Below are positions 14,428 through 20,000 of a stretch of DNA of 20,000 nucleotides, in pieces (the first letter of the stretch is position 1; every line of letters starts with the position of its first letter). The DNA lies in IMG/VR virus record IMGVR_UViG_3300033571_016245; one strand, written 5' to 3'. The position numbers and the translations under genes are program-made. Origin of the DNA: an uncultured virus (IMG/VR IMGVR_UViG_3300033571_016245). Lineage: Duplodnaviria; Heunggongvirae; Uroviricota; Caudoviricetes. A model generated the notes under the pieces. That model searched no databases, had not been told where the DNA came from, and saw nothing but the letters and a program-made list of their open reading frames with translations.

Positions 14428-15686
14428 GCGTCGGCCTCAAAGCGATAGTCCCACCGTGCATTGCCCCAGAGGTCACGCACTGAATCTATCTTAGTCTGAG
14501 TTCCAGTATTCTTCTTAATCTCGTTAATAACTAGTTCACGCGGATCCTTATCACCAAACCGAGCAAACACATAAGAAGGAGCAAATGGATCGTTGTCGCG
14601 GATAGTAGGCATCCACTCTAAGGCATAACGCTTACGATCTAATCCTGCTGCTAATACCATCTTAAAATACTTTTCGTACTTGTCAACGCTGTTAGCAACA
14701 CCTGACCAAAACTCAGTTTCAAAACGTTCAACACGCACACGATCTTCGTCCATCATGAAAGCCTTTGCGTCATCCATCTTCTCGTTTACCAGCAGATCAA
14801 TGACATTCTTTTCATGAGTGAGGTTGTCCTTGGTCTTGTGGATCCGCAGATACCACTCGCCCTTGACCTTGAGCATATGCCCATCATCAAACCGTATGAT
14901 CCAACCTTCAATGCCCTCTGCTGCCTTAGTTTCAGCCATGAGATGACTCATGTTGGCAGCAGTGCCCTCATAGGCCTTAACTACCTCGATGCTATACTTC
15001 TTGCCATATGCCTGCAACCAATCGTAATTTACATACGAGCCATTGCGGACATCACGAGCAGCAATAAGCACCAAACGATCAGTGGGATAGTCTACAACGA
15101 TACGCTGCTTACGACTGCACCATTCAAAGATAGGAGTTACACCAGCTTCGTCTATACACCAACGAGCAAAGGTATCATACTGTATGTTACGAGCAACATA
15201 CTCCTCAGCCTGCATAGACACATCAGTGATACCCATCTTGGTACCCCAACGTATGCCAGCATCAGTAACTACAGGAGTAATCATGCTGCCATCCAGCTTC
15301 TCAAGAATGACATGAGGCTGGAAGAAGTTGATAAGAGCAAACTGAGTCTCATCACGCTCGTTGATGTTGAAGAACTTGTGCAGGCGCCGAGCCATAATGG
15401 TACCGTCCTTGTAGAACAACATACCACGACATTCGCGACGGATAGCAGCCAAGTTTACTGCTTCTGGGCAACGCTGTGAGCTGCACCATTCAGTTTCGCA
15501 TATAGGCTTCTTGCAACCGGGACACCAATATTCCTCTTCTCGAATTGGAGGAAAAGTGTCAGTCATTGCTACCATGTAGTTGACTACATAGCCCCAATCA
15601 CGCTCAGCAATGATGAACTCGTCACGCCCTTCAATAGCAGGGCGCACATCATCCAAATGATTGATCACAGGAAATTGATAATTCAT
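14424..15686 (-). CDS. rnlA: RNA ligase 1 (T4 Rnl1/RnlA family)
   Basis: RECRG, KFFN, motif I EKLDGS, TPIFEW, motif IV EGWII, motif V LKVKGEWY; AAGGAG SD. Confidence 0.93.
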   Translation of the reverse strand: MNYQFPVINHLDDVRPAIEGRDEFIIAERDWGYVVNYMVAMTDTFPPIREEEYWCPGCKKPICETEWCSSQRCPEAVNLAAIRRECRGMLFYKDGTIMARRLHKFFNINERDETQFALINFFQPHVILEKLDGSMITPVVTDAGIRWGTKMGITDVSMQAEEYVARNIQYDTFARWCIDEAGVTPIFEWCSRKQRIVVDYPTDRLVLIAARDVRNGSYVNYDWLQAYGKKYSIEVVKAYEGTAANMSHLMAETKAAEGIEGWIIRFDDGHMLKVKGEWYLRIHKTKDNLTHEKNVIDLLVNEKMDDAKAFMMDEDRVRVERFETEFWSGVANSVDKYEKYFKMVLAAGLDRKRYALEWMPTIRDNDPFAPSYVFARFGDKDPRELVINEIKKNTGTQTKIDSVRDLWGNARWDYRFEADA

Positions 15687-15705
15687 AACCCTGCTCCTTT
15701 CTTAT

Positions 15706-15733
15706 ATAATACACTAGTTAGACTAATTGTCAA
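15706..15733 (-). promoter_or_regulatory. Sigma70-type promoter for the RNA ligase
   Basis: TTGACA-N16-TATTAT upstream of AAGGAG and ATG 15686. Confidence 0.72.
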
Positions 15734-16131
15734 CTGAAACTGATTCCTACACCAGGTGACTTCTTTACATCCTCACCTGTTTTAAGAATGTGCAGTAGTC
15801 GATCATGCTCTTGCTTTTCGCGAGCCTTTTCTAACTTCACAATATACTTCTGCTCTGCCTTCTTAATGTCCGCAGGACTTTTGTTTAGCAATATACTGTG
15901 ATACTGACTACTGCGAATCCATCCACTAAGAAACGCCAAACACTCTTCTACTGAGCCACCAAAGATAGCAGTGCTTCGAGTGTAGACTGGCAATTGATCA
16001 CCATCAGCTACTACATTGATATAAACGCTAGCATTGTCACTGAAGTCGTGTGGACTACGTCCAACCTCGAAGCCAAGGCTTTTACAGGTCTCATCCAAAA
16101 ATTTAACACGCTCGTAGTCTCGGTACTTCAT
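15730..16131 (-). CDS. Hypothetical protein
   Basis: 133-aa ORF with ATGA overlap; no motif recognised. Confidence 0.7.
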   Translation of the reverse strand: MKYRDYERVKFLDETCKSLGFEVGRSPHDFSDNASVYINVVADGDQLPVYTRSTAIFGGSVEECLAFLSGWIRSSQYHSILLNKSPADIKKAEQKYIVKLEKAREKQEHDRLLHILKTGEDVKKSPGVGISFS

Positions 16132-16466
16132 TGTCCTGTCCTGTAATTATGCAACCAATGCGTCATATAGTTACGGATATTGTTAGCACCAACTGGATTC
16201 ATGCTGTGAACATAAAAATCAAAGTTGGCTGGTAGTGTTATATTGCGCTCACTTACATAAGTTGTCAACCACTTGGCAAAAGTATATCCAGTCTTTTCAC
16301 CGTCACCAATAATATAATGATCAGCAGCCAAATCGTGATCAAAACTAATAAAAAAAGGCACTCCATGGTTTTTAATATACCAAACAGCATCATCCATATT
16401 ACGAGCAATGATCCAATCGCTGGTAGCAGGAAAACGAATGTCGTCTAAGAATAGCTTATAAGTCAT
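16128..16466 (-). CDS. Cyclic-phosphate-processing receiver-like domain protein (cREC)
   Basis: LFLDDIR-P, ISFDHDL, TGYxFAKWL and VHSMNPVGA motifs. Confidence 0.82.
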   Translation of the reverse strand: MTYKLFLDDIRFPATSDWIIARNMDDAVWYIKNHGVPFFISFDHDLAADHYIIGDGEKTGYTFAKWLTTYVSERNITLPANFDFYVHSMNPVGANNIRNYMTHWLHNYRTGQ

Positions 16467-16750
16467 TCGCTTGTTTCTCTTTCCATGATAAAAATCAATC
16501 TATCCTCTTCATTGAGGAACTTGTATAGGATGCCGTACTGAGTCTTATATTTGCGACCGCTTAAAGCTGTATTTGTTGCCCATTGTCGTTCGATGACAAC
16601 AGGGATTTTATTTTTTAGAAGATCTAACTTTTTATAAACGTGTGGTAAATCTTCGTAATGTGGCAATTGTCTGTCCTTATAGTGAAACAGAATCCAATAA
16701 GGCCATTTTGATTTGGGCTTGTTGATTACTTTCATATCTCCGGGAGACAT
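16463..16750 (-). CDS. Hypothetical protein, distant LRW-family member
   Basis: Ends YKFLNEEDRLIFIMERETSE*. Confidence 0.6.
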   Translation of the reverse strand: MSPGDMKVINKPKSKWPYWILFHYKDRQLPHYEDLPHVYKKLDLLKNKIPVVIERQWATNTALSGRKYKTQYGILYKFLNEEDRLIFIMERETSE

Positions 16751-17199
16751 TAGAAATCTCCCGGAGCAACCTGCAGAACTCGAATACCCTGTGCGCGGAT
16801 AGCGTCAACAACCTGCTGACGGTCGTCAACCCACAGATATGGGTTGCCATAATCCTTACGGATCTGCTCCAGCAGCTCAACCTTTACGATTGAGTCCTTG
16901 CGATTATCCCGCTCTGCTCTCATGTACAGAGCATTATAGAAGATATTATGCTTCTCCAGCCAAGCTTCAGTAGCTTCCCGCAGTTTGCTGTCACGACCAC
17001 TACACAGAATAATACGGGTCACAGGGTTGTCAGCAAAGTTTTGCAGCATCCAAACAATTTCCTCGTTGGGAGTATCGTTTGGCAGGCCAGCGTCCCAAGC
17101 AGCCCAGTTCTTAGGCTTGCTTGCGACCCAGTGCCTTCGATGATTGACATTACAGATTGTGCCGTCCAGGTCGAATACAATTACCTTGCCTGTAAACAT
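16750..17199 (-). CDS. HAD-family polynucleotide 3'-phosphatase (PseT phosphatase domain, stand-alone)
   Basis: FDLDGT, CSGR, LYMRAERDNRKDSIVK, VDDRQQVV and LQVAPGDF; no P-loop kinase domain. Confidence 0.88.
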   Translation of the reverse strand: MFTGKVIVFDLDGTICNVNHRRHWVASKPKNWAAWDAGLPNDTPNEEIVWMLQNFADNPVTRIILCSGRDSKLREATEAWLEKHNIFYNALYMRAERDNRKDSIVKVELLEQIRKDYGNPYLWVDDRQQVVDAIRAQGIRVLQVAPGDF

Positions 17200-17210
17200 T
17201 ATAGTCCCCG

Positions 17211-17717
17211 CTATTCATCTTCGTCATTGATCCAGCTGCTGATATCAAAAATATCTTCTAGTTCATCTGGAATTTCATCTTCGCCTACTTCAAAATATTC
17301 ATCATCGCCATCTTCGTAGATGCCGCAGAACATCATACCCGGTTCAAAATAATAAGCCTTAACCTGCCAACCCATTTCTTCTAGCTTGGTATAAAAAGTA
17401 ATAGGTGGAGACCAAGCAGTATCGAAAACCAAAGTAATGCTGCCTTCAGACTGATCAGCAATGGCTCCATCGCCGCTGTTAGCGTCCCACTTGGTTCCCC
17501 AATTAGCTACACTCCAGTCATACCAATTGTCTGCTCCATATTTCTCAACAAGCACGGGATTAGGCTTATCATTAGGACTAGAAGTGCCCTTAAGTTCTTC
17601 AGGCATAGGCACTAAGGTATGAAAGAATTCATCCTTGTTAAAACCTTCCTCTGCTTTAGCAATCATTGCGGGATCAGCATGACGCAAGGTAACATGATTA
17701 GCACACCAATTTGGCAT
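17211..17717 (-). CDS. DUF1281/YubB ferredoxin-like domain protein
   Basis: MPNWCAN, WYDWSVANWGTKWD, FDTAWSPP and YFEPGMMFCG. Confidence 0.8.
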   Translation of the reverse strand: MPNWCANHVTLRHADPAMIAKAEEGFNKDEFFHTLVPMPEELKGTSSPNDKPNPVLVEKYGADNWYDWSVANWGTKWDANSGDGAIADQSEGSITLVFDTAWSPPITFYTKLEEMGWQVKAYYFEPGMMFCGIYEDGDDEYFEVGEDEIPDELEDIFDISSWINDEDE

Positions 17718-17721
17718 TGTA

Positions 17722-17928
17722 TTACTCCTTTGTTACAAGACGGAAGTTAAAGAAGAGGCCTACTGCAATCACAGCAAAGTAAGTCTCCAACGTGTATGGA
17801 ATACCAAGATGGAACAGAGTGTTCAGCCCCCAAATGGTAATGAACGGTCCAAAGATTACCATCGCAACAAAAGCGAGTACACCAACAGCACCAACAGCAC
17901 CCAGCATACCAAAGAGCACGTTCTTCAT
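17722..17928 (-). CDS. Small membrane protein
   Basis: 68 aa, strongly hydrophobic; GGAGG SD. Confidence 0.75.
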   Translation of the reverse strand: MKNVLFGMLGAVGAVGVLAFVAMVIFGPFITIWGLNTLFHLGIPYTLETYFAVIAVGLFFNFRLVTKE

Positions 17929-17929
17929 G

Positions 17930-18346
17930 TTAAGCCTCCACGTTCATATCATTAAGATTAATATGGATACCATCATAATCCCAGCAACGCCACATATCAT
18001 TAATCCATAAGTAGACGTAGTCTGCACAATGGTCGCCAGCAGCATTGCTAATGTAATCATCGTAGCTGGCATAGCAAGTGGCGTTTTGATCAGGCTCATC
18101 TCTATCGCGACCATAAGCAAGACACCAGTTACGGTCAGTAGGCTGGTCAAAATCCTGCTGCTCGCCAATCTCTTTACCAAGGTAGCTAAGGTTACCTAAA
18201 GCCATCAAATGGTCGATGAGGTAAGCATCGTTCCAATACTTAACAAGCAAGCGACCGTTGTTGTCAGGGTAGCCGTCCCAGTGACAATAGATTGCAGTAA
18301 CTGAGCCGTCGTCTTCTACAATACCAATCATGCTGCGAGTACCCAT
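17930..18346 (-). CDS. Conserved phage hypothetical protein
   Basis: MGTRSMIG...IYCHWDGYP...AYGRDR...DYVYLW; AAGGAG SD. Confidence 0.8.
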   Translation of the reverse strand: MGTRSMIGIVEDDGSVTAIYCHWDGYPDNNGRLLVKYWNDAYLIDHLMALGNLSYLGKEIGEQQDFDQPTDRNWCLAYGRDRDEPDQNATCYASYDDYISNAAGDHCADYVYLWINDMWRCWDYDGIHINLNDMNVEA

Positions 18347-18357
18347 TGTAGTTCTCC

Positions 18358-18624
18358 TTAAGCTGCTTCAAGCATGTTAGCAGGCACTCGCCACATTGTC
18401 ATGCCTTCTTTAACCTTAACATTCTTCTGCATGATCTTCATTACAGTACCGCGTACTTCGCGTCCGCGAGCTACAAACTTCACAGTATCACCAGGATTAA
18501 AAGAATACTTGTTCTTCTTACCCAGCTGAGTACGGGCATACTTGATAGCCATTGACATGCTATCTAACTGCTCGTTAGTCCACTTGCCCCACATAATAGC
18601 TTGGTTGATTTCATTGATGTTCAT
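18358..18624 (-). CDS. Hypothetical protein with C-terminal SH3/KOW-like beta barrel
   Basis: FNPGDTVKF...GTVMKI...VKV...WRVPANML; AGGAG SD. Confidence 0.7.
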   Translation of the reverse strand: MNINEINQAIMWGKWTNEQLDSMSMAIKYARTQLGKKNKYSFNPGDTVKFVARGREVRGTVMKIMQKNVKVKEGMTMWRVPANMLEAA

Positions 18625-18643
18625 GTCAAGCTCCTATATATTG

Positions 18644-18671
18644 AGTGTAACATAAAGAGGGAGGCTGTCAA
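18644..18671 (-). promoter_or_regulatory. Sigma70-type promoter with extended -10
   Basis: TTGACA-N16-TACACT with TGn before the -10. Confidence 0.65.
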
Positions 18672-18684
18672 CCTCCCTTTTTTT
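18653..18684. terminator. Likely bidirectional intrinsic terminator overlapping a promoter -35 box
   Basis: Inverted repeat AGGGAGG...CCTCCCT with a T8 run on the plus strand and TCTTT on the minus strand, immediately after the stop at 18684. Confidence 0.65.
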
Positions 18685-19142
18685 TAGAACGTGCGAATTG
18701 CACGAAGACGGTCAGTAACCTTACGCATGGTCTCGAGATTCTTAGACTTGATCTTAGCAATCTCTTCCATGCTCTTAGTTGTAGGAGCACCGTTCTTAGC
18801 AACTACAAGACCAACTTCTTCGATAATTTCAGCAGCAGGCACTTCCTTGGTCTTCTTAACTTTAGCAGGAGCCTTGGTCTTGACAACCTTCAGCTTGGGA
18901 GCAGGCTTGGACTTAGCAGTCTTAGCAGGCTTGCTACCCTTGCTCTCACTATAGCCCGAACGCACAAGATGAGCAAAAGCTTCCTCCTTGGTCATGGGCT
19001 TGCTAAGAGCAAACAGATCAATATCGGTATGTCCGGAACGCTCGAGCACCTTAGCACGAGCAACAGGCGTACCGTTGGCAACACGAAACTTAACAACACC
19101 CTCAAGCGTCGAAACGCCAGCAACAGTAAAGGTCTTAGACAT
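18684..19142 (-). CDS. Basic Lys/Ala/Pro-rich phage protein, possibly DNA-binding
   Basis: Globular N-terminal domain (FTVAGVS...FRVANG...GHTDIDL...MTKEEA) followed by a KPAK-type linker; GGAG SD before ATG 19142. Confidence 0.75.
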   Translation of the reverse strand: MSKTFTVAGVSTLEGVVKFRVANGTPVARAKVLERSGHTDIDLFALSKPMTKEEAFAHLVRSGYSESKGSKPAKTAKSKPAPKLKVVKTKAPAKVKKTKEVPAAEIIEEVGLVVAKNGAPTTKSMEEIAKIKSKNLETMRKVTDRLRAIRTF

Positions 19143-19200
19143 GCTTGACTCCATTTTTTGAGCGGGGCAACAGCACCCCAGTCCTCATTCCCTATAATAC

Positions 19201-19228
19201 ATAATAGCATGGGGCGGCATAGCGTCAA
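19201..19228 (-). promoter_or_regulatory. Sigma70-type promoter with extended -10
   Basis: TTGACG-N16-TATTAT, with TGC before the -10. Confidence 0.72.
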
Positions 19229-19265
19229 CCAGAAAAGATAGCCAAAAACCCCAAAAATCCAACTT

Positions 19266-19287
19266 TTTTGTTACAATTTTAGTTACA
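19266..19287. repeat. 22-bp operator-like box (copy 1)
   Basis: TTTTGTTACAATTTTAGTTACA, closely matching the copies at 19605-19648. Confidence 0.7.
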
Positions 19288-19348
19288 AAAAACTCTAGCA
19301 AAATCAGTAGGTTACATATAGCAGTTAAGTTGTTGAAATTATTAAATT

Positions 19349-19528
19349 TTAAGCGTAACGACGAGCTTTACGACCATAATTGGGCTTACCAGCATGGCGA
19401 CTAGCTAAGGTCAATCCCTTGCGCTTTGAACGCTTTTCAACACGAGTAACAGCGTTAGCCTTAAGGAATTCAACGACTAACGCTTCAATTTCGGCATTTT
19501 GGGACTTAGCAGTAGTAAAAAGCGACAT
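19349..19528 (-). CDS. Small basic hypothetical protein
   Basis: TAAGGAG SD before MSLFTT...; EALVVEFLK helix and Arg/Lys-rich tail. Confidence 0.75.
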   Translation of the reverse strand: MSLFTTAKSQNAEIEALVVEFLKANAVTRVEKRSKRKGLTLASRHAGKPNYGRKARRYA

Positions 19529-19569
19529 TTTACGCTCCTTAGCAACGGGCCTCATTGCCCTATATACAC

Positions 19570-19597
19570 ATAATAAGCTCAAACAGGGATACGTCAA
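19570..19597 (-). promoter_or_regulatory. Sigma70-type promoter
   Basis: TTGACG-N16-TATTAT. Confidence 0.72.
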
Positions 19598-19604
19598 CCA
19601 GAAT

Positions 19605-19648
19605 TTTTGTAACATTTTCAGTTACATTTTGTAACAATTTCAGTTACT
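19605..19648. repeat. Tandem 2 x 22-bp operator-like boxes with internal dyad TGTAAC-N7-GTTAC(A)
   Basis: TTTTGTAACATTTTCAGTTACA followed directly by TTTTGTAACAATTTCAGTTACT (20/22 identical). Confidence 0.8.
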
Positions 19649-19829
19649 TAGATATCCATTCTTTATGGTATTTTATAAGGTTTTCTACAATCTGTCCCGC
19701 ATCTGAGTCGCCGATCCCGTTTGGGTCCAAAAGGGCATCCAAGTAGCAATTCACATCCAAATTTCGTGAATTAGCATAATCTGTAGCAAGTGTAACAAGT
19801 TCTATTACACGATCTTCGGTCAGCAACAT
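19644..19829 (-). CDS. Small hypothetical protein
   Basis: ORF behind TAAGGA and its own promoter; the start could be 19829 or 19838. Confidence 0.6.
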   Translation of the reverse strand: MLLTEDRVIELVTLATDYANSRNLDVNCYLDALLDPNGIGDSDAGQIVENLIKYHKEWISK

Positions 19830-19854
19830 GATTAACATTCCTTATTGAGCTTTG

Positions 19855-19882
19855 ATAATACATTCATTCTAGAATGTGTCAA
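19855..19882 (-). promoter_or_regulatory. Sigma70-type promoter
   Basis: TTGACA-N16-TATTAT. Confidence 0.7.
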
Positions 19883-20000
19883 CTGTTCTTATCGTACCAT
19901 TGGGCATACAGCCCAATTTCTCTACCGTGTGCTTCAATTTCCCAAGGTTGATCCCAACGATCAATTTTATCTGCTTTGTAAATTTTATTTTGCCATCTAA
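19879..20000 (-). CDS. C-terminus of a probable phage metallopeptidase-like protein (truncated by window edge)
   Basis: RWQNKIYKADKIDRWDQPWEIEAHGREIGLYAQWYDKNS*; PWEIEA is the typical third-ligand segment of phage HExxH proteins. The HExxH itself is not in the window. Confidence 0.55.
   Translation of the reverse strand, partial: RWQNKIYKADKIDRWDQPWEIEAHGREIGLYAQWYDKNS

Noticed and set aside
14814..15479. 221-aa plus-strand ORF (and similar ones at 3147, 6793, 9497, 9924, 10287, 10488, 13698, 13971, 16948, 17792, 18691, 19380)
   Set aside because: Antisense shadows of well-supported minus-strand genes, with no recognisable domains.
19605..19648. Assigning the dyad boxes to NtcA or alphaproteobacterial LexA
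   Set aside because: Spacing and sequence do not fit GTA-N8-TAC (here N11) or GTTC-N7-GTTC; the regulator is left unassigned.
1..20000. Stop-codon reassignment (alternative genetic code)
   Set aside because: The standard code gives near-complete tiling with intact known enzymes; TAA, TGA and TAG all end genes; no suppressor tRNA was seen.

Overview
This 20 kb window looks like a gene-dense, AT-rich segment of a large, T4-like/jumbo-type tailed phage genome. Almost all genes are on the minus strand; the exception is the tail of a radical SAM gene at the left edge. Recognisable content includes an RNA/tRNA-repair toolkit (T4 Rnl1-type RNA ligase, stand-alone PseT-type HAD phosphatase, cyclic-phosphate-processing receiver protein, calcineurin-like phosphoesterase, CCA/poly(A)-polymerase-like nucleotidyltransferase), three CCA-ending tRNA genes, and auxiliary genes (peroxiredoxin, Bax-inhibitor-1/YccA, carbamoyltransferase, 2OG-Fe(II) oxygenase, SGNH hydrolase). 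Seven TTGAC(A/G)...TA(T/C)(T/A)(A/C)T host-type promoters are present, mostly with 16-nt spacers, plus one T4-type late box. The most striking structure is an array of about 15 highly diverged small paralogues ending in F-x(4)-D-x(3)-F-x-L-R-W; 12 lie in 2188-5432. Their terminal codons (xTG AGG TGG TCA TGA) simultaneously form the Shine-Dalgarno sequence and overlapping start codon of the next gene, and one member appears split by a +1 shifty stop (TTT TTT TGA). Also notable are a 92-nt UAU-anticodon tRNA with a 4-nt D-loop and long variable arm, and an unannotated SutA-like putative RNA-polymerase-binding peptide. All family calls come from motif recognition by eye; no database searches were run.
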